Below, in pieces: positions 36,833 to 50,218 of a stretch of 64,000 bases of DNA. Source of the stretch: Nemertoderma westbladi (lineage: Eukaryota > Animalia > Xenacoelomorpha). A program made the position numbers and the translations under genes. A model generated the notes under the pieces. The model worked only from the letters and a program-made list of their open reading frames with translations, was not told where the DNA came from and ran no database searches. The DNA lies in the NCBI GenBank assembly GCA_032718475.1, contig JAUCBJ010001594.1, positions 6,540 through 70,539 on the forward strand, read 5' to 3'. The first letter of the stretch is position 1; each line of letters begins with the position of its first letter.

Positions 36833-39800
36833 TTAGTCCTTCTTTCGTGAACGGCATTTACGAAGTTTTTTGAGGCTAGTAAGAGTCCTTTTCTCTTTGT
36901 GGCGAGCCACTTTACTAGGAGGGCTATAACTCCTGGGTGAGGGGTGCAATACAATTGCATTGGAAGGTTTCGGATTATGGTCGGTGTATCTGCCGGTCGA
37001 GGTACCCAGTTGATCGATATCAACCTCAGAGGAATGAGGTCGAACAACCTTTAGAGCGCGTTTCAGGACAGCAGCTCTTACTGGTCCCTGACGGGTCATT
37101 TGCACGAGAGCGGTAGGTTGACTGTGAGTAGTGAGAAATTTTCTCGGTTTGATGGTTCTTTCCAACTCGCGTTCTCGGGCTTTATATTCATAGGGTCGTC
37201 TATGAACTTCCTGTAGCTCTGGATGCGAGTTTATGAACAAGTCACCATATTCCGGCTCTTGACGGATGAAGTTGATCAAGTTATAGGAATTAAGATTGTT
37301 AGGATTAATATTCCTAAGGTACTTGCGAACAAATTTAGTCGAAATATTCTCGCCAACACGTTTCATTAGCTCGTAGCTAGGGGTGCAAGATTTTTGCTCA
37401 ACGGAAGCAAAGAGAAATGGGTGAAACGCATAGACTCCTTCATAGGCACGTCCAGGATAGTATCGATGACGTGATTCGCAATGGAGATCCGCGTTAGCTT
37501 TCCAGGCTCTGATATAACGCAGGGCAACCATTTCGTCTACGCTTTCTAGATCTCGGTTGAAAGGGCAATCAAAGCTTGCGTGTCCTTTAAACTGGCAATG
37601 ATGACATTGAGTCATAAATTGAGGACAGACTGCGAAGATGTGTAGATTATTAAGCCTACAATATGCACAATAAATCTCCATATAAGGTTGATCTTTAAAG
37701 TAGGAGCAGGGTTCGCTGGAGTCCACCGGGGTAAAGTGATCTCGGGATGCGCATAGTCGGCAACGTTTCCTAGATACATAATTGGCATGTCGATATTCGT
37801 ATGCTGTGAGACATTGTGGACCTTGATACCATTCCAGCACATAATCTCTGTCGCTGCTCCTGGGTGCTGTGGGTTGCATCTCCTCGGACTCCAAGCAAAT
37901 TGGTTCGTCTTCCAATTGCATAGCTGAGGTAGGTGTAGCTGTCTCCTCAAGCGAACCCACTGTTTGAACTTCCACGATAGAATAACCTGTGGGGATTCAG
38001 GGTCTTTGTATGACAGATGAATGTAGGTTCTGTATACAAACGTCCTTAAAAATGGCGAATCCAGCGCTGTCTAACTTCTCGGCAGCTGAGTCTCTTAAGG
38101 TGAGCTTGGTCAGAGCGCGGTCCTTGAACTGACTATCAACGTTACGGAACGGAGTCAGAAAGCGCCTAAAGCATTAGAATCAGATGAATTTATTGTGTTC
38201 ATCTAGCTTGGCGAGTTTGGTTCCAAGTAACAAGGGATGGGCGCGTATAGTGCGACTGCACACATCGGCTAGCCAACCGGCAAGTGTGGCGTTCTCGAAG
38301 ATAGTGTATATAGCTAATGAGGGATGGAGTGGAACACTCATAAAGCTATACACGATGCCAGGTGCGGTTAATGGTCCGTCGAAGTATAATCGAGAATAAT
38401 GATCTCCATATACTTGTTGGTAGCTGACAGGGTTTCTGACTTTGAAATTCCATCCGTATTCTTGGAAGGCAAGATGTCCGATAGAGGTTCATTGTACTTT
38501 ATTGATGCCGCTGGATGTATTAGCATACATAGTTCGGAAGAAACCTCGGCCTTCTGCCCAGGGAGCAATCAGCTGGGTGTCTACGAAAGGATAGGGGATA
38601 TTCTCCATGTTTCTGAAGTCATTTTGGAGATCTCCATAAACAGCTGAGCCGATTTTAAGGATTCTCTCGTCAAACAGCATCTCGAGCACTGGCTGGGGTA
38701 GCATCGATCCATCTATACCCATGGCCGGTTTGCGCTCGGTAACGGTAACATAACGCTGCGCGAGTTCGAATTGTCCATGTCGGAGTTTCTTTTGTATCTC
38801 GGTGAGAGTCTCAAAAGAATAATCGACCAGATCGAAGAATAATTTCACCATATAATATTGAGTTAAATTGACATAATAGGGGTGATCTTTGATTCCATAA
38901 AATGAGTTCGGTAAAGGTCTAGCGCGTAGGTTGACCTCGTGTACCAGACGACGGACAAGATCCGCTCGATTGTCCAGAGGTTCAACGAGTATACCTTCGA
39001 CACGAGCGGCCTCGATTGGCGGACGTTGTAACATAGGAGCGTCAGCGATAAGATCTCTAGATCTTAAGTTGATATCAACCAGCTGGGGTTGTACCGTGGC
39101 GAAGAGTTTGTCTCCAAAATGGGGAACCATCGAAGGATGAATGATGGTTTTGGAATAGAGATCAGTCATAAGGATTTGAGATTCTGGTTGGGCTAAAGCT
39201 GCTTCTTCTCTCTCGTCCATTTTGATGTGCTTCTCCTCGAGCTGATTTTCCTCCGCTTGTCGTTGGATGCGTTCGTCCAAAAACTCTTGCAGAGAGTAGG
39301 TTCGTCCAAGTTCGATATCTTCTTCGAGATTATGGATTTCCCGATCGAACTGAGGTAAAGCTAATTCTTTTACTGCTTGGACTTGTTGTTGCAATTTACA
39401 TTTGTCTAAACAATCGTAGGTTCCTTTTCCAATCTTTTGTCGAATAGCGTCTAATGTGTTTTGTACAATGCTCTCCTCTACCTTGGTGACGGGTTGTATC
39501 GGGGTTAAACTGGGACGATTATATGGGTTGAACGGCGATATTAGATGTCCGCGTCCCAATCCGGCTAGGTAGGATGGGCGAATATCTAGGGAGCCCACAA
39601 CCGGAGTGCCACCGACTAATTGTTCGGGTAACACTAGATCTTTGAACAATGAATACAGTTCAGGAGGATCCGTCATACTACAAGGATCAAGAGTCTGAGG
39701 TCTCACCAGGGAATGAGGAGGTCTGACCGAGTATTCCGGAACTCTGATCATAGGTTTGTTTAAGGATCGTTTGAGTCGAGTGAGCGTGGGTGTTACGTCG

Positions 39801-40583
39801 AACAAGTTTCGCTCGAAACTCCTGTAAGTATAGCGAGTAAAACTGTGTTTAGCGCAACGTCTCCGCGGATGTTTATGTCTTTCCGTTTGTTGGTTGGTTC
39901 TAGGGCATTCATCGCAATAATACCAAAGACGCACGTCTTGTAGGGGAAACGCGGGTAATCTTTCTCCAGTTTTACAATATTCCTCCATCTGTTCGAAGCT
40001 ATCCGGTACAACAGGTAGCGGTCGATCGGCGGTAAGATACATCATAGTGAAATAGAGTCGCTTGAGTTCTATCATAGGGTTATGATGTATACCTTGAGGA
40101 TATCGAGTTTCTAGATTTTGTTGACTGGCTACATTGAAATATGTTTCTCTCAAGAATTCCAAATATTCGTTGAAGTCACTGCGTTTATCCGGCTCTTCAA
40201 CGTCTTCTCTTTTGAGTTGGTTTTTGAATAGAATTTTAATGTTCGATTCTCAGTTTATCATTCCGACTCCGCTGGGTATGATATTTAAATAGGATCATTT
40301 CCCTTTCGGTGTCTACATCGTCCGTGTCGTGTAAATCGATAGGATGACCAGTAGTTAAGAAGTCCATATACATACCATTACGATGCGTATAGCGAGCGGT
40401 GAATTTTCTATAGTCCAATTCACGCATGAGCTGTTCCTTTGACATGGGCGGTTCGATATAACGGCCATCGTCCTCCGTAGTATGTTGACTAGCGTCGCCG
40501 CTTATTAAACTATCAAAAAACGCTTGCAATAGTAGGGTATATCGCTCCCTGATACCAAGATCATCTTCTATCAACTCAGTCAT
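36833..40583 (-). pseudogene. accessory ORF of ~1250 codons: Cys/His N-terminal region, coiled coil, DEDDy/WRN-like 3'-5' exonuclease domain, CCHC zinc knuckles, basic tail
   Basis: ORFs 40236-40583, 38489-40162 and 36833-37975 join into one frame via a stop plus +1 frameshift near 40230 and in-frame stops at 38489, 38180, 38174 and 37997. Exonuclease-like motifs: AMGID, LPQPVLEMLFDERILKIG...GD...FVDTQLIA, SIGHLAFQEYGWNFK and PLHPSLAIYTIFE. Knuckles: CRLC-x4-H, CAYC-x5-H-x4-C and CHHC-x4-H-x4-C. Confidence 0.8.
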
Positions 40584-42000
40584 GGTTGCTATATGAGTTT
40601 ATCGATATTATAATTAATAATAAATAGGCTAGCGGTCGTCGCTGCCTCCCCTTCAGTACCCCCGGACAGCGCAAGATCCTCAGTGCTGATGTACTGTCGT
40701 CGCTGTGCCTCTCGCCAACGTAGTAGCTACACAACGACAACAATAACCAGCGCGAGTCACTCCACTGTCCGTCCCAAGGGCTTAGATTTACTGGAGGTTC
40801 TTGCTACAGAGGCAGGGTAACTTTCACAACTGCGACTCGCTACTATAAACACACTTTAGTAGTAATATTCACCTATAAATACATAAATTCCACACTCCTG
40901 TCACAATTTGTACATATTCGGGCCATTTGTCCGTTAGTCAAGTGCCTTCCAGAATGCCATGTTATTATTATGTATCCCTGGATTCTAGCAGGGTGCTATT
41001 TATTCCGCATGCTATTCAATGGGACAAGCTTTCTATTGTTCTTTTAACTCGCTTCTAATTCTAGCGTGGTTGTTGCTATGGTGACATTATGGAAAGCTAG
41101 CGGTAGAATGAGGGTAATTCTCATGCATACAGATCTGGGATGCTATTTAATAGTAATTCTTTAATTGTCAATATTCCCTTTATACATGATTTTATGAATT
41201 TTATCGGCTATTGACTGTACACTGGAGATTCTCGCACACTAATATACTTAATAGGGTGAATCTCCGCTCCCATGATCTATTAATTAATGGAATTTTGGGA
41301 ATGTTATAAATTGTATAAAATGACAATTTATCAAATTCATGAGAGGATATGAATTTAAAGTTTATTCCCGTAAATTTTATTATTTGATATTAAAATAGAC
41401 ACAATTTCATTCCATTCCAGGGTGCCGCGATATCTTAATCGACTAGAATTTCAGATGGTCAAAGGGTTTAACAGATTTATTTTGCGTTTCAACGCTACTG
41501 TTAAATGGACATCATTCTACTATATGTATTATTTAAGATACGGTATGAGAGCAATATTGCAAGAAGCAATGTCAGTGAGAAGAGGCAAGTCATCTCCAAG
41601 GTCTACCCAGAGCTTGGTTTAGCCGAGACACGAGGATCTGAACTTTGCATTCCTAATACTCTACTTACCAATAATACTTGAGTATAGTAGGGGCGGTATT
41701 GTACTTTTAATAAGTACGGACATTTCATCTTACTGTAGTCACGTATTTATAGTATGATACGGACAGTAAGGAAGGAGAAAATGAATTTTTTCTCGCCGTT
41801 AAACTAAGTATATTATGCTAAGTAATTAAGTAATAAACACGAATATATTGCACTAATCTACTGAATAATCGTTAAAATATTATTCTACTAAATAAAATTA
41901 AAGATAATGATTATAATAAAATTACATAATAATACATACATAAATATAAAAATAATAAAAAAAATAAAATAATGTAGTCACACACCCACTCCAAATGCTG

Positions 42001-45000
42001 TTACGTTGGGGAGTCCCTAGATGTTTGTTGGATTAGGGAGGTGGTCGTGGGAAGAGTATCTTGCCTTCCATAGTTCCCGGACAACTCTCGGTCTCTTTCC
42101 AGTAAACATAAACGACCAACTGGGCGATTAAGTTGTTGTGTTTCGAATACAATTCCAGGTTTCTTAAAGTTACATCGCATGACGACGAGTTTTACCGATC
42201 GCACTAAACCATCATCGGATATATGAGTCTCGATGATACGACCTGTCTGCCACCGCTTACGTGGAAGATCTGATTCCATGATAAGGACCATGTCTCCGGC
42301 GCTGACGTTTTCTTGCTGCGCAAACCACTTTGTTCGAAGTTGTAGCGTAGGAAGATAATGTTTTTCGAAATGGTCAGCGAAATGACGGGATAATAACTGC
42401 ATAATTTGCCAAGTTTGTCGGCAGTATTCGTCTCCGTCCGTGATTTCCGATTGCGGGAGCATGGCTACAGGTTTCTTTAGTAGGAAATGCGCGGGTGTTA
42501 GCGCTTCTAGGGAGTCGGGACTCGATGAAACTGGCATAAGCGGTCTCTCGTTAAGATAGGCGGCGATTTCTTCCATTAATGTCCGCAAAAGTTCGTCGGT
42601 GAGATACGCGCGGCACGGCACTATAAAGTGAAATGTGGTCTTCACGCTCCATATTAGTCTCTCCCAACTTCCTCCCCACCAAGGGGCGTCGGCGGCGTTG
42701 AAGGTCCAGCTAGATGCTGATTTCTTCCATTAATGTCCGCAAAAGTTCGTCGGTGAGATACGCGCGACACGGCACTATAAAGTGAAATGTGGTCTTCACG
42801 CTCCGTATTAGTCTCTCCCAACTTCCTCCCCACTAAGGGGCGTCGGCGGCGTTGAAGGTCCAGCTAGATGCTGTTACCCTTAGCTGATCGTCCACCTGTC
42901 TTTGGTTCGAATCTTTCACGTAAGCTTTGATCTCATTATTGGTGCTAATGAAGTTCGTTCCTTTGTCGGATCTCATAGTGTTGCTAGTCCCAAAACGAGC
43001 GATCTGTCGGCGTAAACTCAGTATGAAGCTGTTGGTAGATAGATCATTCACCATATCTAGATGGATCGCTCTACAAGTCATACAGACAAAGATGATACAC
43101 CATCGCTTGACTATAGTCCTAGCATGATATACTTCAATAGGGCCAAATAAATCCATACCAGTATTAGTAAAGGGTGGTTCATAGAAGCTTACTCGTTCCC
43201 TAGGTAATTCTGCCTCTCTCTGTGTTAAAGGCCTACTAAATGCTTTACTACAGGGTATACAGTTCCTAAGAACTTGGTTTAGAGCTCTACGGGGCTTATG
43301 GAAATAATAGCGAGTTCGAATTTCGCTAAGATCTCGTTCTCTACCAGCATGGTAAAGTCTACTGTGAACATCTACAATCATCTTGATTTGTATTTCAAGA
43401 TTTCTAATGAGTATGGGAAACTTAGTGTCAAAGGACAATGGATCATTAGTTAATCTCCCTCCGACACGTATTAACCCATCTATCATTGTGCTAGAGAAAC
43501 GATCCCTTAAGCGCATCTGTGGATTTCTCAACAACAGGAAATACTTATCGGAATCTTCGTAGTATTGCAGGAGTCTCAGTATCTGCTTATTGGTATCCTC
43601 ATGTTCTTGGTAACTGATCTTCTCAGTCAGGAACCTATCAGACACTTTATATGTGGGAAGGTCTTTAATAACATGGATCTTTTCGGATATTATTGGAGCG
43701 GCATCACTAGCGATCTTCGTCCTGGAATAGTGATGATGGAAACATCTTTTCAGATACACAACAGCCTTGCAAAGCCGATTCCAGGAGCTATAATGATTTA
43801 TTGCTCTCTGTTGGAGAGGGGAGAGTCCTTGCGAGACATCTGGTGTTCCAGATTTCCAGTCTCTTTCCCTGATGTCTATAACGGATTTAGTCGTGATGGG
43901 TGAGTTTAGATCCACAGCGTTGTCCCCGGAGGTGTGTAGTACAGACAGATCTATCATGGGTTTAAATAACTTTGATTTACTCGTCCAGGTTTTAGGTTTG
44001 ACTTTCTCCACTCCCTTGGCTTGTCTAATCTCCGCCGTGGTGAGATGAGGGGCCATTCCTCCTCTTCTTTACTCAGGTCCCACCTAACCAGTCTGGAGTA
44101 TCTATCAGTTCTTGAGGAGTTGCTCCTCTAGAGGCGATGTCAGCTGGATTAATCGTCCCAGGGCAATGTCTCCATTGATCTACATTAGAGCAACTGAGTA
44201 TAATGGCTACTCTGTTGGTAACGAAGACGCTGAACTGACAGACTTCATTTGTTATATACTACAGAACAAGTAAAGCATCAGTCCAATAGACAGTTCTCTC
44301 TAGTGGATAGTCGATCTGTTCTGTTACATTCTGGCTGATGGCTGTAGTGTATAGAGCCGCTTTTAACTCCGCTCTAGGAACTCGTAGTTTGTTGTTTATT
44401 AGGGCCTTAGAGGCGACCAAGGCAACTTTAATTCCATCCGGAGTTTCAACCCTCAGGTAGGCTACTATACCTATTCCCATATCGCTGGAGTCTCCAAACA
44501 CATGGAGTTGATAGGAATACGAGGGTCGGACGTGACCAAAGTATGAACAGGAAATCTTAAAGTTCTCGATGAATGGTAGAGAATCTTCCCATTTCATCCA
44601 CTTCTTTAGCAGTTCTCCCTTAAGTGGATCATCCCACGAGTGGTTTTCGAGCCACATTTGTTGCACTAAGCTCCGAGCAACTAATATAACTGGGCTAATA
44701 AATCCTAATGGATCGAAATAAGTGCTCAGGATACTTAGACAAATCCGTTTAGTTCTAACTGGATTATCTCGTTATTTTAACTGAAAAAACAAGATATCTC
44801 TCTCCGTGTCCCATTTTAATCCAAGTGTCTTGGTTTCCGGAAGATCGTCCTTGATGAGGTCCAGATCTTTAACACCTCGGTCTTCTACCAGAATCGATTC
44901 CAGAAACTCACGGGAGTTACTAGTGAATTTGGTTAGCCGAAATCCACCGCGTTGCAAGCACTCTACCGTTCCCTCGGCAACATCAATGGCTTCTTCCACC

Positions 45001-48000
45001 GATGGGAGGGACTTTAAATTGTCGTCCATGTATATATCCCGTTTGATGTTGTCGATAACCGCTTTAGAGAAGGCGTCTCGGTTGTCATCGGCAGTGGTAC
45101 GCACCACCGAACAAGCGTTCGTGGGGCTCGAGATGATCCCGAAAGCCTGGATGGTCATCCAGTACTCCACCGGTTTTCGGTTGAGGTCTCCTTCGGGCCA
45201 CCACAGAAATCGTAGGCTGTCTCCATCCCTATCCAGCGCCTTGACTTGTAAGAACCTGCCTTCGATGTCCGAAGCGAATGCGATAGAATATTGCCGCAGT
45301 CTTAGTAATATTCCCAACAAAGATTGGAGTAAGTTGGGTCCCGGCAACAGTTCTGAATTCAGGGATTGACCCATGTAAAGGGCGGAGCCGTCGAACACTA
45401 CCCGGACTTCGTTAGGTTTACTGGGCTTGGGAACGTAATGATGTGTTAGATAATACGTTCTCTCCATTATGGGTGTTTCTTCCGGAACTCGCTCCGCATA
45501 TCCCTTATCAATAAATTTCTTCAGTTGGGTTTTATATATTTCCCTGGCTTGAACGTTAGCCGTCAGATGCCGATGTAGTTGTGCGATTCTCTTTTCCGCT
45601 AAAGGTCGGTTATTTATGAAGCTGGGTTCTCGCCGTCGGAACGGAAGACCAATCTCATAGCGACCTTCGTCATTCAGATAATGTGTAGTCGTTTCCTGAA
45701 TCTGCTTGGCTCTCTCTTCCTTGACAGACAAGGGTTTGTCGTAGGAATTGGGCTCTACGGCTTCTTAAGTAAAGAATCGTACAGTGTGTTCATCGCGGAT
45801 TTTGTTATTGTATCGATCTATCACTTCATTTAATTCATCGTTATAGGTAAATTGTTCACCAGGTTGATTGATAAGATGGCATAGGTTGACTTGGTTTAAC
45901 CAAATTTGGTTCTCAGTGAGGATCTCGATGACATTTTCCTCATCATACAAGTGGTTGATGTCGTCGTTGTCTGAGGAGTATGGAGTTTCCTCAGCTGGGA
46001 TTTCTTCTTCACTGATTTCTTCTTCCCATTCACTCACCTGGTGGATTTGTTCTTTTGGGAGTCTTTCCATTAAGGTCCTATGGGAAGGTCCAGTGAAGTA
46101 CTAACCTACTCTCGTTCTTCCCGCATACGTCTGAAGTGGTTGCGGTCGAGCAGGCCGTTTTTCTAATGTCTCAAGCGCTTCGTGCGCATTTTGTCCGAGT
46201 AAGATCTGCATCCCTGGATAATCTGTGTTGAATCTATATGAGGTTGCTGGGTAAAATGATCTTCATCCCAGTTGTAAGGCTCCACTTGGCTAGTAGCAAA
46301 GTTCTTTATTGCCACCATCTTGACCGACCTTACACTATTTTCTCCTAGTTCATCCTGGGGAGTGGACAACGCACCCACGTAGTAATCTGTAACTACTGTG
46401 GATTTCCAAACCTGCATAATTCCGGAAAGGTTCAACTTGGTTCGGAACTTTGGTTGACCTGCAAAGATGTCTTCGGCTAGTTCTTTATCGATAAAAGTGC
46501 CTGTGCTGCCGGAGTCAAGGAGGGCGTTTACTATCAAGCTCTTCCCTATCCCATGGACCCTCAGCTGCACCACAGGGAATTCTCGGATACCAACCGATGA
46601 AGTTGGTGCTTTCCAAGATGGCTGTCAATCCGGAATAGACAGTTGGGCATCTTCTCCTTCCATTTCTGTCTCGTACGTAAGTGCTCGATACACAGCGGTG
46701 TTGATCATATAACAGGATTCATTTTCGTCGGAGAATTCGTCCGTGTAGAATCCTTCCATCTCCGAACTGTGGTCAGTATCGTTCACATCACTGAATTGGA
46801 CATGTAGTTTGGGCTCACTTACCTGACTTGTGCAGGTTCTGTCAAATTCTGTGTGCAGCAAGATATGATGTTTCACGCCGCACTTAGCACACTTCGCGTC
46901 TGAGTAACAGGTTTGTCGTTGATGTCCTTGTCTGAGACAATTATAACACAACCGCTTATCCCACATGACATCACGTCTATCCTTCAGGGATTTCTTTAAG
47001 AGTTCATCACACCCACTCAAGCGATGTGGCCCGTCGCACAATACACATTTGGGTTTGATGTTACTTACTTTAACCTGTGTTGTGTTGTGCACACTTGTTC
47101 TTTCTTCGGGCTTTCTTCCATGAATTCTCTTAGGAGACGTAGGAGGAGTTGTTACCTGTTCTCTCCTGTCACTGGTTCGAGACTTAGATTTACTTACGTC
47201 TTTCCTAACTTTATTGACATAATAAGATCTTTCGGTGTCCTTACCGCTGTTCTCATCGTATGAAGTTTGGCTTTCGCCATCGTCCGTATAACACACTGGT
47301 GTTACCTTTCTTCTAGTAACGGGTTTTTCACTTACCTTAATTTCCGGTGTCTTCTCTCTGGACTGCTTTAGGAGTTGTAATCTTACCTCTCCATTTAAGA
47401 ATGACATGAGATCAGCCATGGTAGGGTCTCTTTGTTGCTGGTCCATCATATAGAGAACCTTTTTGTCCCAGCGAGTACCTACTCCACCCTTTGGCAAAGT
47501 AGATGCTACGGCTCCAACAACCATAGAACTCTGGTATTCTTGAGACTTACCTAACCAATCTAACTGTCTACAGATCTCCTGAATCTCATCGGAAAACTCT
47601 ATAATCCCGCTGCTAAGAAACGTTCGGGGCGCTACTAATTTCGCATACAAATACCTAGCTATGTTAGTCCTATTACCATACCTGATGTTTAGCGTATCCC
47701 AAACTTGTCTTAATCCGTCTGGATGTCCAATAAACTTTAACGCCATTAACTTGGGAGGTCCTTCCAAGCACTCGATGAGGAATCGAAGTTTTTCTCCATT
47801 GGATAGTACAGAGTTCTGTATGTTATCTTTATAATATTCATTAAAAGGTAACCATTTCATCTCATCTCCATTGAACTTGATGACCTCTCCCACCTTTACC
47901 GCTTGACGGGCTTCGGTTCTAGCTATTTGACGTGTAAAACTTTCTTGAGTCATCATATTATTTAATATCGAATTTTCGGTATATAAATTTCTCGGATTAT

Positions 48001-50218
48001 GATCAGATCTGTATGGGATATCAATATCAACAGGCTTATAATTACCCTTAATAGGGTTTACTATAGGAGTTTCTACTTCACTAGCAGTATAGATGCGTGT
48101 AGGCTCCACACCTTGCGTATGAAATACTTCAGACCTAAATGGGTTGACACATTGTTACAGGGGGTGGTGGTATACCCATTTGTATATTTACTAATTTATC
48201 GCGCTCTAAAGCGATACTTTGTTGTACTTCTTGCAACTCTAACCTACTCTCTCTTACTGTTCTCTTTAACAGCTGAACAGTCCCTTCAATTCTCGGACTT
48301 GCTTGGAAGCCTGGTTTTTGGTGCTTTCCAGCTGTCCAAGCAACTGATTCATCCCCCATCGTCCCTCGTCCACCCACTCAACCGCAGAGGCGGGAGCTGC
48401 CAACATGGTAGCCGGGTGGCACATAGGGACGACGGGAGACAATTCATTTATAATGTCTCGCTCGGCGTCCAGGACTGGGTGTGATTCCGGGGCTTGTCTA
48501 CTGGGCACAAGTAGTTTAGTACTGTGCAAAGGGAATTTAGAGTTAGGTTCTTGAAGTACAGGGGTCTCTATCAAGGGTGTGGCTTCACTAACAGGCCTAA
48601 TTATTTCGGGCTCATCTACTATAGTAGGGAGTCTTTCTACTCTAATAATTCGGTCTGTAGGTTCCTGATTACTTATGTCTACATTAGCTAGTTGCCTTCT
48701 CACCGCAGGAGGTAAATTAGGTAACTTCTGACGGTATGGTGCTCTTCTACATCCGCTAGAACGAGATTTATTACCTTTACCCGCGGGATCCGTTGTATCG
48801 CCTTCATCAGAGGAGGTAAATCCCTGTCTTCTGGGAGTAGATCAACTCTGTAGTTGCATCTGAGTAGCTGCCCTTTGTTTATTCAAGTAATCTTGTTTCG
48901 CCTGAAGGTTCTCCAACTCTAGTTGGGCTGTCGCTTCAGATGCTCTCCATTCTGCTTCTGCCACTTCTGCTGCCGCTGCCGCTGATGCTTTTCTTTCAGC
49001 TTCTTCCGCTGCCGCTGCCGCTGCCGCCGCCGCTGCTAACTTTCGGTCTTCTATTTGCCTTTTCTTTATTTGTTCTTCTTGGTCCATTGCGATGAGGATG
49101 CTTTCATCAAATTTAGCCTGCTCCGCAGCTAATATTTCCGCATCTAAAGAGTCCAACACGAATTTGGCTCCCTCACTATTGGGATGAAGTCCAGCTAGCC
49201 GTATTCTTAGCTCTTTGTAACCTATAAATCGTTGATAATCCGACAGATAGATGTCAATAGCATCCTTCTTCTTAGGTCTTTCGGATATTGCTTCGCCTTC
49301 CACATGAGAAAAGGTGGCATCTGTTGATTCTCCGTGGGTTATGCGCTCAGTTAGCTGAACTTTCCATTGTGTCGTTCCCTGGACCTTAACACTCACTCGT
49401 TGGAACCAAGTCTTTACAGCCACTTGCAACGATGTGTCTTGGCTTCTCTTCGAGGCCTCCTCAAAGGCTGAAAGGATTAATCTGATCCGCAAGATTCGTT
49501 CTCGCACTTGATAAAGCAGCTCTCCCTGCTCTTGAGGTCCTAGTGATTGTTGAAATAGATGTTCTTCTAGTCGTTCCAAGGAGTTAAAGAATCCATGGAC
49601 ATATCCTGCTGCTGACCTCTTCCATACAGCTGGATCTCGAGTGTCCCTCACTATCCCCATTTCGTATAAGTCCTCCCAAGCAGCTTCCGATAAGTTAAAC
49701 GGGAGTACGGGTCCGGGGAAGTTCCATTGCGTCTCTACAATAGACCTTAGTTCCTCCATCGTGTATCCCGCATAACTGTCCCTGGTCGATCTCTTATTTC
49801 TCGTCCAATCGGCTTGATGTTCCTCCACAGCGATCAATACTCTAGTGAGTACGGCCCCAGGAAGAATTAGAAGTGGATCTGGATAAACCGCTTCTGCCAT
49901 CCTTGCTCTGATCTTGGGCGTTAACTGTTCAGTGTCGGAACTACTAGAGTTATTCTGCTGTTGAGAAATAAGTTCTCGGCTCGGGTGCTGCTGCTGTTTA
50001 ACAGCCGTCTCTTGGTCTCGCTTAACTTGAGATCTAGTGCCTATAATAGAGCTAGGGTGCTTTACTAGCCTAGGGTCTGATACCACTACTGTAGGGATGA
50101 CCTTTCTCACAGTAGGAGGGGACTTGGACTTCTGTCTGAGATGTTCGATACTTTTATCTGGGTCACAGATCGTTCTTTCTAGGAGACTATCTGACAGTGT
50201 TTGCTTTGTGTCAGACAT
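42001..50218 (-). pseudogene. BEL/Pao gag-pol polyprotein (~2700 codons, broken by several stops and frameshifts)
   Basis: BEL triple knuckle (CVLC-x3-H-x4-C, CYNC-x4-H-x4-C, CAKC-x3-H-x4-H), protease LLDSGS, RT (VRVVFDGSA, DIE, YMDD), RNase H (LHVFGDSS, PRAEL, WTDA, NPADIASRG) and integrase (HHCC, GMDLFGP, SDKGTNF, PWWGGSWER, C-terminal W..GRI...DGLVR). Confidence 0.95.
42565..42872. repeat. 154-bp tandem duplication inside the inner integrase
   Basis: GATTTCTTCC...CTAGATGCT occurs at 42565 and 42719. The duplication shifts the reading frame. Confidence 0.9.

Noticed and set aside
36833-40583. env gene or Nanos homolog
   Set aside because: No signal peptide, furin site or transmembrane helix is visible. 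The knuckle spacing does not match the Nanos C-x2-C-x12-H-x10-C / C-x2-C-x7-H-x4-C pattern.
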